A stretch of 62,833 nucleotides of DNA, counting the filler, from Octopus bimaculoides (taxonomy: Eukaryota): NCBI RefSeq assembly GCF_001194135.2. It is 5 parts of 5 records of this genome, joined end to end, with 100 filler letters (N's around TTAATTAATTAA, not from the genome) between each part and the next. Parts side by side here need not be neighbours in the genome. Positions count along the whole stretch, not along the records: positions 26,026 to 50,667 come from NC_068982.1; 4 more parts are not named here. The stretch is one strand, 5' to 3'. This document shows, piece after piece, positions 26,420 to 37,214 of the stretch. The notes under the pieces are model-generated. The model did no database searches, had not been told where the DNA came from, and saw only the letters and a program-made list of their open reading frames with translations. Positions within the stretch are counted from its first letter, which is position 1, and each line of letters starts with the position of its first letter. The translations under genes were made by a program, and so were the position numbers.

Positions 26420-27419
26420 ATATTTGTTTTGCAAGATTCTTGATGTGAAATCGTGTGTTGAAACAGATATTGTTGTATTTGGGGGATGGTCATGTTGCCA
26501 GTTTAGCCAATAAAAACACACGCACTATATATTTAGTGTTAATTTGCTTCAGCTTTATTTTACATTAATTGTATTTCGCCCAGAGTTCTTTCATCACACT
26601 TCTGTGACCTCATTAGTGGTCCTTTGCTTTCTTCTTTCTTATTTGTGTGTCCCTCCTTACTAACGATCAGTCATTTTGTATTTTGTATTCCTATTGTATG
26701 TATCTATATTTGCGCATGCATATGCCTCTATGTGTGTCTATGTTTGTCTATGTTTAGTAAGTGCATGTGTGTGTATGGGGAGTGCCTGTATTATCTGTAT
26801 CCCCTGTTTATACATGTTTGTTTAATTTGTTTTATTTATTTGTTCATGTGTTTATACCTACTTTTTTTTGTATTTAATTTAATTTTGTTAACGTATGTAG
26901 TTATTTAATTCCATTTGTTTATCTTTTTATTTATTTATTTATTTATTTATGTGTTTCAGCCAAGTGGCTGCGGTCATGCTGGTGCACCACCGTAATTTTC
27001 ACGTTCCTCGCATGGCTCTTCTCCCCCACCTGACATGGTCCAATCAAGAGTTTTGATGGCACATCTGGTGTATAAGAGAATTTGACATAGCTGCCCTAAT
27101 CTGTGTATTATATTATATTTTGTTCATATTGTTATCAGTTTATGGGAATTTTATTGTCATATGTTGTGGTTTGTTGGGTGTGTGTGCTAGTGTTCCATTC
27201 CTATTTAGGTTTGGTTTATCTTCTATTATGTGTGTAGCTTCTGTAATTTGTCTAAGCGCTGCGTCTGTTCTATGTGTGGACAAGATTTTAATTTCTATGT
27301 TGTTGAGTGAGCCTTCGTGTTCCTGCTCAGCGTTTTGGTACAGAACTGATGAGCTCTTCTCTCCCTTAAGTTCCCTCCAATTTTCATTTACCCGTTCTCC
27401 TATGCTCTGTGCTGTTTCC
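26420..27419 (-). mobile_element. Penelope-like element 3' part: GIY-YIG C-terminus plus downstream pLTR-like region
   Basis: Minus strand 27418-27200 translates ETAQSIGERVNENWRELKGEKSSSVLYQNAEQEHEGSLNNIEIKILSTHRTDAALRQITEATHIIEDKPNLNR (GET..ER..H..IL..R.I.EA..I..P.LN pattern). A hammerhead-like motif lies downstream. Confidence 0.8.
26580..26619 (-). ncRNA. Degenerate type-I hammerhead motif (family H2)
   Basis: CCA-CTAATGA-G-GTCACA(gaag)TGTGAT-GAAA-GAAC-TC-TGG; full topology present, but G5 is mutated to A. Confidence 0.55.
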
Positions 27420-27859
27420 NNNNNNNNNNTTATGTAGTGTCATCACTACATGAATAAATGAAGTTTGTACGAAACGTACGTACTGCTATAACCTATTGAA
27501 GTTTTGTTGCTTTTCTTCAAATTTTATTCACCAAATTTCTTGATTTTGTTTTTGGTTTTTACCCTACCAAATTCTGGTGCCTCAAATATTTTAAGTACCA
27601 CATTTAATCTTTTGATTAAATCTATATTATTATATACTGTGTATACATATTTCTATATATAATGTGTATATATATATAATGTATATATATATATATATAA
27701 TATGTGTATCTATATATATAAAGTGTACATATCTATATTTATATCTATATATATATAATGTGTATACATATGAATATATAATGTGTATACATATACATAT
27801 ATATATTTAATGCGTATATATATATATATATGTAATGTGTGCATATAATGCATGCATAT

Positions 27860-28550
27860 GTGGTCGGATTGAGCTGAAAATTTGCACACCTATATTCAAA
27901 GTGCTGGGAATTTTGCATGGCAACTTTAAGTTTGCTCAATTGAAAGGTGTGGCCTCTAGGGCAAAATGCCTCATCTTTTAAAATGTGGCCTGTGTAGACC
28001 CAAATGAAATTGAGTTATGATATTGAAACAAGTAAAACAATAAAAGAAGTATGCCATTTTAATCCCGACCAAGGCCGGTTATCTCTGTAAGTCTGCCATA
28101 TATTTGTGAAAAGGGTGGACGTTGTCATACAAGCAGTTGTGCAGGTAAAAGTATTAGTAAATGTGGTCGGATTGAGCTGAAAATTTGCATACGTATGTTA
28201 AAAGTGCTGGTGAGTTTGCTCATTTTAAAGGCATGACCTCTAGGCCAAAATTCCTCATCTTTTAAAATATGGTCTGCTTAGACCCGAATGAAATCAGGTT
28301 ATGACACCGAAACAAGTAAAATGATAAACTATTTTAATCCTGAGCAAGCTCGGGTTTCTCTGCTAGTCTATTCCGTATTTGTGAAAAGGGCAGACGTTGT
28401 CTCACGTCCAGTTGTGCAGACAAAAGTGTTAGTAAACGTGGTCGGATTGAGCTGAAAATTTGCTGGCGAGTATGCATGGCAAATTTCAGTTTGCTTCATT
28501 GAAACATTTGGCTACTAGGGCAAAATTCATTGCCTTTAAACGGACTTTGA
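27860..28550 (+). mobile_element. Head-to-tail tandem array of a 275-303 bp Helitron-like unit
   Basis: gtggtcggattgagctgaaaatttgc recurs at 27860, 28163 and 28438; hairpin + CTAG-type ends join directly to TCT at 28091/28092 and 28366/28367. Confidence 0.75.
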
Positions 28551-29239
28551 CAAATGTTTGTCGTTTCTCTCTTTCGGCAATCACCCTTTCTCCCTCAATC
28601 TCTCTCTTTCCTCCTTTCTCTCCACTTTTTCTCCTTAATGACGTTTGACAGATTTCTTTCCTTCTTTTTCTTTGCCGACTCTCTGTCATTCTTTCTCCCA
28701 CCATTTCTTTCTCTCTCTCTGTATGTCTGTATCTATAGGGAGAAAATGTTGACAGATGCTAGTGTGTTTAATGGAGAGAAATAAAATAGTAAACTAGAAA
28801 AGCACTTGGAGTGTGCAGACCTCCACCGAGCAACTCATTTCCACCCATATACACAGTTACTGATAATTGCCCAATTTCCCACAGCAACACCGGCAAAAAC
28901 ATAACCCCCTTGGCAGGGTTAAAAAAAAATAACACAGCCATATGATTTTTTAAAAAAAACCTTTAAAAACAGGAATCATCTGAAGCAGTTATAATACATC
29001 AATGACAACAGCAAGCTAGTTTCACCATATGATTAAAAAGAATCAACAATTACCTAAAACTTGAGTGATACACAATGCGAGTAAAATTACTAATAGAGAA
29101 ATGAAAATAGACTTTGAAAACAGCAACGCCACCATAGGTTACGTTGAAATGATGAACGTGTTTTTAAGGGAGATAATCAAAGAACGTAACATTGTAATAC
29201 TTCATGTAAAGTAAATATAACAAATGAAAAATTCTTCAA

Positions 29240-29420
29240 GAATCCATAAAAATTTCCTGATCACTACCAAAATTCCATCATCTGTGCCTTGTGTCATAAC
29301 CAACGTTTCCTGCAAGTTTCATCAAATACCGTTCACAACTTTTTGAGTTATTTTGTACACAGGCAGACAAACCAACGCCAATGAAAACATAACCCCATTC
29401 CTTGGCAGAGATAATAATTA
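29240..29420 (+). mobile_element. Helentron/HINE-like non-autonomous end (second copy at about 28870-28925)
   Basis: aaaacataacccc..cttggcag(a/g)g terminal motif occurs twice; preceded by aagtttcatcaaataccgttcacaactttttgagttattttg. Confidence 0.5.
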
Positions 29421-29604
29421 TATTGTGTCAAATATGNNNNNNNNNNNNNNNNNNNNNNNNNNNNNNNNNNNNNNNNNNNNNNNNNNNNNNNNNNNNNNNN
29501 NNNNNNNNNNNNNNNNNNNNNNNNNNNNNNNNNNNNNNNNNNNNNNNNNNNNNNNNNNNNNNNNNNNNNNNNNNNNNNNNNNNNNNNNNNNNNNNNNNNN
29601 NNNC

Positions 29605-29880
29605 TGCTAAGTTACGGGGATGTAAACACACCACCATTGGTTGTCAAGCGATGTTGGGGGGACAATTACAGACACACAAACATATACACACACAAACATC
29701 TACACACACATACATACATATATATATACATATATATGACTGGCTTCCTTTAGTGTCCGTCTACAAGGCTTTGGTTGACCAAAAGCTATAGTAGAAGACA
29801 CTTGCCCAAGGTGCCACATAGTGGGAATGAACCCGGAACCATGTGGTTGGTAAGCTAGCTACTTACCACACAGCCACTCT
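29605..29880 (-). mobile_element. Composite SINE (type D head)
   Basis: gaagacacttgcccaaggtgccac..gaacccggaaccatgtggttggtaagc..accacacagcc on the plus strand. Confidence 0.8.
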
Positions 29881-29889
29881 TGCACCTAT

Positions 29890-30440
29890 AATAGCTCTGT
29901 CAACAACATTGTTCCATTACCTTGGGTCGAGAGGGGATTTTGCACCATCCACAGATCTGGTCAGTGGCCCTCAGTGTCCTCTAGAAACCTGCAGTTGTTT
30001 TCCACATCATGTGATGCTATATCCCCTACTATTTCGTCAAAGGCATCAAGTAATATGTCTGTAAATCCCTGTCCATTTGCAGGATCTTTAAGCTTCCAAA
30101 CCCTTGTCTTCCACGCTGGTCGTCTTCTGGGCATCCATTTAGCCCTGATCCTGAAGTTGCTAACTACTAGTCTATGTTGTGGGGTACATTCTTCGCCTAG
30201 GAAGATTTTGGCATTTATAAGCAGCCATCTTTCCCTTTTTCTGGCGAGGAGGTAGTCAATTTGGCTAGTGTGTCTGCCAGAACGGTAGGTGACTAGGTGA
30301 CTGGCATGTTTCCTGAAGTTAGTAAGATCATTTGCATCACAGAACTCTAGTAGCCAGGTTCCCTCCTCATTGCAGGAACCAAAACCATAGCCTCCATGAA
30401 CGCTATGGAAGCCCCCTGCATGTTGTCCAACATTTTTGCA
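29890..30440 (-). mobile_element. RTE-clade LINE endonuclease fragment
   Basis: Minus strand: VHGGYGFGSCNEEGTWLLEFCDAN..HLVTYRSGRHTSQIDYLL..GEECTPQHRLVV. Confidence 0.85.
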
Positions 30441-30519
30441 GATAATGAATTTTTATTAAATGTTATATTTTCATTTTCTTACTTTCTCTTATGTTTGCGT
30501 GTCTTTCTGTCTGTATTTG

Positions 30520-30695
30520 TTCACCACCACTACTATACAACTGGTGTTGGTGTGTTTATATCAAGAGAGACCAATAGAAAAGGTACTAGACTTAAAAAAT
30601 AAGTCCTGGGGTTGATTTGTTTGACTAAAACCCTTTAAGCTGTTGCCCCAGTGTAGCCAGAGTCAAATGATTGAAAGAAGTAAACAATAAAAGAT
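30520..30695 (+). mobile_element. SINE type A tail
   Basis: ggtactagacttaaaaaataagtcctggggttgatttgtttgactaaa..gtcaaatgattgaaagaagtaaa. Confidence 0.75.
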
Positions 30696-31551
30696 ATATA
30701 TATCTTCAAGATGGCAACTTGCTGATAACATGTACATTCGCTTCATCCTGGAAAACTTCAAGAAAATTGTCAATATTTTGTAGTAACCAATTTTGATTCT
30801 TTCCTGAGGATGTACTACACACTACAAAATTTAAAACACTGCATAGATAGAATTTTCATTGGAAAATTTCAAAATTATGAAGTTTGTGTTGTTTACATAA
30901 AAACTCTTGTATTACCACATGTGGTCAAAATCTCTGTTAGTTATCAAAACAAAACTTGAAGTTCCCTACATACACAGTTAAAAAAATTTTTTAATTCAAT
31001 TCTCTTGGAGAATAAGTCAAGGAAAAACATATACATGCAGTTTTTGATTTTTTGGTCATCGCAATTTGTTGAAAGCCAGAAATTTTGAGGTAAGATCATT
31101 TTTTGTTTACATGTAGCAAATTTCTGTATAACAGTAAATATAACCAACTTTTCCACATGTGGTGTTATTTTCTTTATTTATAAACAGAAAGGTGTCTGAT
31201 TTATATATCTGTAGATCTCCAGGAAAGCAGTAATTAAGTACTTAATTAATTAACTGCATGCATCTTCCACAATTGTGGGACATATGCCATATTTTCCTAT
31301 TATACGTAAAGCTCCTATCTTTTGTATATCTATCTACCTACCCTGTGTGCCTGTCTGGTTCTATTTGTATTTGTATACATATGTAATGTGTGTGAACATA
31401 GATACATGTAAGTATGTGTACACATATAAATAAATATACACATAACTTTATATCTTCACTATAATTATCTCTGTATGCATATTATCTGTATGTTAGAATA
31501 ATCTCTGTATGCTTATTATCTCTGTACATGTGTAAATATAAATATTTATAT

Positions 31552-31870
31552 ATCTGTAAAAATATGTGACACTTATTTGGTAGCCATGATAAAACTCTGA
31601 GTTTCAGATGCCGGGGTGGGAACCCACACCAACATCTCTTCAGTTATCCAGCCATTGAAAAGTCCTGTGAAAAATGACCATTAAACAAAGGGAAATTACT
31701 GTGTGGTTGACCGTTATTAAGACAAAAGAGCTATAGACCCCTAAGTAAGGAGAGGGGGTAAAGGTAAGGGATTAAAAAAGCCTATAGTGTTCGCGTAAGC
31801 GCACCAATCCATATATTCACCTATATGTATATACTAAACCACCCTCGCTTGAAACACACATGCTCATTTG
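31552..31870 (-). mobile_element. Non-coding repeat family C (pLTR/retrozyme-like), copy 1
   Basis: atctgtaaaaatatgtgac..aaatgaccattaaacaaagggaaattactgtgtggttgacc.. shared with 44981, 48298 and (inverted) 49991. Confidence 0.8.
31588..31648 (-). ncRNA. Type-I hammerhead motif with intact core (family H3)
   Basis: GATAA-CTGAAGA-GATG..GTGGGttCCCAC..CATC-T-GAAA-CTCaGAG-TT-TTATC: 5-bp stem I, canonical CUGANGA and GAAA, stem III ACTC/GAGT, GUU site; one extra nt before GAAA. Confidence 0.75.
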
Positions 31871-31939
31871 CTTTCCTCTACACACCAATGTACAGATCAC
31901 ACATATAGTCACACAGCATGGAGAAGGAAGTGAATAGTA

Positions 31940-34280
31940 CAGCAAAGATGTCAAGAAATTGGAATGCTTCAGAAATAAATCTATTTCTCAGAGTTTGGAT
32001 GGTAGCCAAGAACAATTTTCCCAACAATGTTGCAGCTCTAAAAAGCACAGAATTCAACAGGTCTGTGGCGCAAATAGAGTGAATTTATTGACTCCTACTC
32101 ACTCATCAAAGTGAATTCATTGACTCCTACTCACTCTTCAGACCACATCTACAGAAGCTGGATACCTTAAAAATTTTTAAAGTAGTGAATCCTCAGGTAA
32201 GATACCTGATACAGTGAATCCTCAGGTAAGATACCTGATACAGTGAATCCTCAGGTAAGATACCTGATACAGAGTTCCAACACTGAACCCTTGAGTAGAC
32301 AACCCAGTAAGGAAGGCACTAAAAAGCCCACCATGAATGAAGGTATCTTTGTTCATGAAGATAGAGGAATTGGAAAAAAAAATACAAAAACCTCCAAGAA
32401 AAACACCCCCAACACCACCTTCCAAAACAATGGGAAAGTTAAAGCAACTGTGGAGCCTGTTGAAAGAGAAGCCAGTATCAAAATAGTATCAAGAAAAGAA
32501 ACAAAAGGAAGAGAAATAGAAGCAAGATATTACATAAAGCATGTACCATTTGTAAATTCTGTGTTAAAGGTATCTGCTGGAATGGTGAGATGGAGATGAA
32601 CTGCTGCTTTGCGCATCAGGCAGTATAGAACACATGGCAAAACACACCTCCAACAAGATAGGACAAGACCATGCCCAGAGGAACTCTTACCACACTACAG
32701 GTCTGCAACAAAGACCAAAAAACTGTATGCAGATGCAATGCAAGCTGCAACTATCAAGCAATAACATTTTTTAGTTGTGGTACAAAAAAGATGGTGCAAC
32801 AGCTGGCACAGTTGCAAACACAACTAAGCCACACACCCCCACATACAAGACCATCACAAGTTACAGACCCAGGATGGCCACCATTACCACACAACTGGCA
32901 GTTACACCAGTTCTTTTAATAAATATTAGAAGCCTCCTACAAGCAACAGCAATCAAAAAATTACATACTTGAGGGATGTGTGCAATCAAGCGATATACAT
33001 TGCACTTACAGAGACACATATCTCTACAGATATAAATGACACAGAGATACACATACCAATGTACGCTGTGCTCCATGCAGATCGAGGGGGAAGAAATCAC
33101 AGAGGAGTTGCATTGTACATCTGTGAAGATGTTGACACACTCAGATTTGGTTTGTGACACACTCGTAGTACATTTAATGCTGCTTGATGTGGTAATATGC
33201 ACACTGTATCACCCACCTGATACCTCAAATCATGATGATAAATTTGATAAAAGAAGTAGGAGAGTGGCTGCATGACTTTAAGGACAGAAGTCAAGTAGTT
33301 TGCAGCTATTAGTGCTCTCTTTCTGGGGAGACATCAATCCACAGCAGATTTTTTTAGGGAACTGTACTGGGACTACTACTATTTGTGGTGGCTCTCTCAC
33401 TCATGCCCTCAGTCATACAGTCAGCCACTCTCAAGGACCCTGATGACACAATAAAACTGCAAAATGACCTGCATGCAATGTACAAATGGCTGATGAAAAT
33501 AGCATGCAGTTCAATGCTGATAAGTTTCAAGTATTCTGCTATTGGCCCACAAACAGACCACAGTCGGAATACATAGGAGTAGGGGGCAGTGCAATCCCAG
33601 AGTTAGAATCAGTGCATGTCCTGGGAATCCACATGAGTAGTGATGCAACATTTCATGTGCATATTGCCAAGATGGCAACACTGTACAGGCAAGTAGCTGG
33701 ATGGATCCTTAGATCATTCAGAACCCAAAATAAGGATACCTTGCTACTCCTATGGAGGACATTTGTCTTCAGTTTTCTGGATTACTGCTCCCAATTGTAG
33801 TTGTCACAGAGCATCAAATTGGTGGCAGAACTTGAGGCAATCCAGCACCACTATACAAAGAAGATTGACTCAGTGAAGCAGATGAGTTATTGAGAGAGGC
33901 TACCAGAACTGAAGCTCTACTCCTTGGAGAGAAAGTATGAAAGGTATGCAGTGATATACATATGAAAGATCCTGGAAGGTCTAGCTCTCAACTTTGAAAT
34001 TAGAAGCTATACCAACCACCAAACTGGACAGCACTGCATGTTACCAAAGATACTGTCTTCATCTCAAATAAGGTCCAAGTATTGCAACAGCTTGGATTTC
34101 AGGGGACCACAACTGTTTAACATCCTGCCAAGGAACCTAAGACATATGCAAGGTAATGTGGAAACATTCAAAAAGCACCTGGGTAAATTTCTATCTGAAA
34201 TCCCAAATGAGCCCACATCACAGCAGGAGGCACAAAGAAGAGCAGTTTCATCCAACTCACTTCTTCACCAAAAATAGTAC
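31940..34280 (+). mobile_element. Decayed CR1-clade LINE (ORF1 remnant, endonuclease, RT C-terminus; large internal deletion near 33300-33400)
   Basis: NIRSLL; IALTETH..IHIPMYAVLHADRGGRNHRGVALY; LQNDLHAMYKWADENSMQFNADKFQV; LGIHMSSDATFHVHI; LDYCSQL; RGPQLFNILP..FKKHLGKFLSEIPNEP. Confidence 0.9.
32184..32270. repeat. Perfect 3 x 29-bp tandem repeat
   Basis: agtgaatcctcaggtaagatacctgatac x3; an imperfect 2 x 32-bp repeat lies at 32078-32141. Confidence 0.97.
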
Positions 34281-34489
34281 CAAAAGGAAACCCCAAAACA
34301 GCTGAAACCAGTAAAAGAATAAGAATATATATATATATATATANNNNNNNNNNNNNNNNNNNNNNNNNNNNNNNNNNNNNNNNNNNNNNNNNNNNNNNNN
34401 NNNNNNNNNNNNNNNNNNNNNNNNNNNNNNNNNNNNNNNNNNNNNNNNCCTACATGTAAATGCTGAACAATCATAATGAGTACTTAACA

Positions 34490-35465
34490 CCACATTGGTG
34501 GATAAAATGGTTATTAAGGCTACCATTTGTTTCATGTCAAGCTAAAAGATCTTAATATCTTAACAATTTTTCAAGCTGATCACACGGAGGAATGGTGTTG
34601 TCTCATCTCCATTTTGGATGAAAAGACAAAACGCCTTGTGAAATGTCTCGGGAGTTCACAAAAAGTCTCATAAAAAAAGAATAAATCAAGGGGCACTACT
34701 CTTGGATGACACTTTTTGAACAATTATCTCCTTTGGGTTTGACTTTTGGGGAAAAAAAAACTGTGTTAGATGGTAGATTTGTTTGCATTATATTGTATTA
34801 TATTCTGGATATATGTGATGTTTTCTGTGTTTGTATGCTGAGGGAGTTCATGTTTCTTCTCTGCGTGGAATTTGCATATATTCAATGTTCATGTTCAGGG
34901 AAAGAAACTATCCTGGTGGGATTGTCAGTGCACGTAGGGGTTCCTCTTTGGAGTTTTGGAGTGTGGAATATTGCTTGTGTATGATAATACTCAACCACAA
35001 TAAAATTCAAGGAAAAGTACAAACAACACCTAGCATCATTCAGGGACAAAAATAAAAGACATGCGACATCCCTATCCAATATGATATGGATATTGAAAGA
35101 AGGAGTAAACAACCCCCACATAACATGGAGCATTATTCCTAAAGCCAGAAAATATAGAGGACAGGGTACCAAATGTGAGCTCTGTATCACTGAAAAGCTA
35201 AATACCAGACAGTCAAAAGATAACATTTTAATTACTTGGGATGAAACCGCTCCCTGTATACACAAGCAATATTTCACACTGCAACACTTCAAAGAGGAAC
35301 CACTACTTGTACTCCCAACCCCACTGAGATAGTTTCTTTCCCTGAATGTGAACATTGAATATATATAATACACAGTTGCCACACATAGAAGAAGCATGCC
35401 GCCCCGCCCCATGAACTTCCTCAACATACGAACACACAAATACAAACATCACATATACCCAGAAT
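34490..35465. mobile_element. Penelope-like element 3' ends in inverted arrangement
   Basis: 35081-35332 (+): IWILKEG..ITWSIIPKARKY..KCELCITEKL..CIHKQYFTL, a PLE GIY-YIG C-terminus. About 34800-34982 is an inverted copy of about 35262-35465; 34490-34982 is collinear with 36475-36975. Confidence 0.8.
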
Positions 35466-36170
35466 TGCATTTAATCTATCATCATTCATTCATGTTATAC
35501 TTACTTCACCTACCAGAAGTGAGTGGTATACAAACATTGTTAATACAAATAAATAAATAAAAATAGTTAATTCGTTAATTCATTATAAACAGCAAATAAT
35601 AGTAAATTGATTAATTAACAGGTACTGTACAATCACATTTTGGTGCAAAGTACAAGCTACAGCATTTGTTTTTATTGCGCATGGAAGTGAATGATAGCCA
35701 GGGTAATTATTTGAGAAGCAGTGCAAACGCCAGGGTGTTATATATATATATATATATNNNNNNNNNNNNNNNNNNNNNNNNNNNNNNNNNNNNNNNNNNN
35801 NNNNNNNNNNNNNNNNNNNNNNNNNNNNNNNNNNNNNNNNNNNNNNNNNNNNNNNNNNNNNNNNNNNNNNNNNNNNNNNNNNNNNNNNNNNNNNNNNNNN
35901 NNNNNNNNNNNNNNNNNNNNNNNNNNNNNNNNNNNNNNNNNNNNNNNNNNNNNNNNNNNNNNNNNNNNNNNNNNNNNNNNNNNNNNNNNNNNNNNNNNNN
36001 NNNNNNNNNNNNNNNNNNNNNNNNNNNNNNNNNNNNNNNNNNNNNNNNNNNNNNNNNNNNNNNNNNNNNNNNNNNNNNNNNNNNNNNNNNNNNNNNNNNN
36101 NNNNNNNNNNNNNNNNNNNNNNNNNNNNNNNNNNNNNNNNNNNNNNNNNNNNNNNNNNNNNNNNGTTAAT

Positions 36171-36223
36171 CATAGACGCGTTTCTGGCTTAGAAGAGAAA
36201 AACTCTTCATTTCCTTCGGTATG
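36171..36223 (-). ncRNA. Degenerate type-I hammerhead motif (family H4)
   Basis: CATA-CCGAAGG-aaatGAAGAG(ttttt)CTCTTCtaagcc-A-GAAAC-GCGTC-TATG: stem I CATA/TATG, palindromic ACGCGT stem III, GUC site; core has U4C and A9G. Partial second copy cataccgaagggcttgg on the plus strand near 36312. Confidence 0.55.
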
Positions 36224-36474
36224 TGGTGAAGCAACTGTTGCTGATCCCTTAATTATGTTTATAAATGTATAAGAACTTTTAAATAAGTTCTTCACCGATA
36301 ATGGTGTTTACATACCGAAGGGCTTGGTAAAAATTATTAATTATTAATTTATTAATAAATTGATAATCCTTTACCCTTTTAATTGTATATATATATATAT
36401 ATATATAAAGGCGGTTGACTGAAACAATAAAAGAATGTACACGTAAATGTCAAACAATGACAATGAGAGCTCAA

Positions 36475-37210
36475 CACTGCATTGGTGGATATAATTTCTT
36501 TATTTGTGAATTAAGGCTACCATTGGTGTCATGTTAAGAAAAGTAGGAAAATATCCTAGCATCTCAACAATTTTTGAAGTCGATTACGTAGAGAAAGGTG
36601 TTTACCTTTGTTTTGGAAAACACAGCCTCATTTAATTCACAGTAATTCTTGTGAATTCTCATGAATAAAACAATGAATCAAATGACGTTACTCTTGGGTA
36701 GCATCTTTTGAATGTTTGTCTTCCTTGGATTTGTCTTTTGGACAAACTGTTGTGTGGTCAATTTGTTTGCATTTTTTTATTTTTGTTCTGGGTGTGATGT
36801 TCTTATGCTTGTTTGCTAAGTTAGTTCATTATCGAGGCATATTTCTTCTGTGTGTGGAGTTTGTGTACTATGTGTGCCAGATTTCACATTCAGAAAAGGG
36901 GCTATCCTGGTGGAACTACTGTCACAGATGGTGGTTCTTCTTTGAAGTATTTGAGTGTAAAATATTGCTTGTGCATGCTGAGAGAGAAGGTTTCATCCCT
37001 AATATTTAGGATGTTATCTGTTGATTGTGTAATACTTAGATTTTCAGTAATACAGAGTTCAGATTTGGCACCCCATCCTCTGTATTTTTTTGGCTTTAGC
37101 AATAATTTTCCATTCTATGTGGGGGTTGCTTACTCTACCTTCTTTCAATGTCCATATCATATTTGACAGGGATGTTGCATGGTTTTTATCTTTGTTTCTG
37201 AATGATGCCA
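36475..37210 (-). mobile_element. Penelope-like element 3' part (same family as 34490-35465)
   Basis: ORF 37102-36902 (PKKYRGWGAKSELCITENL..MHKQYFTLKYFKEEP) is paralogous to 35081-35332. Confidence 0.8.
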
Positions 37211-37214
37211 GATG

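Noticed and set aside
32184-32270. 29-bp repeats with a hairpin resembling a CRISPR array
   Set aside because: No spacers, no cas genes, eukaryotic LINE context.
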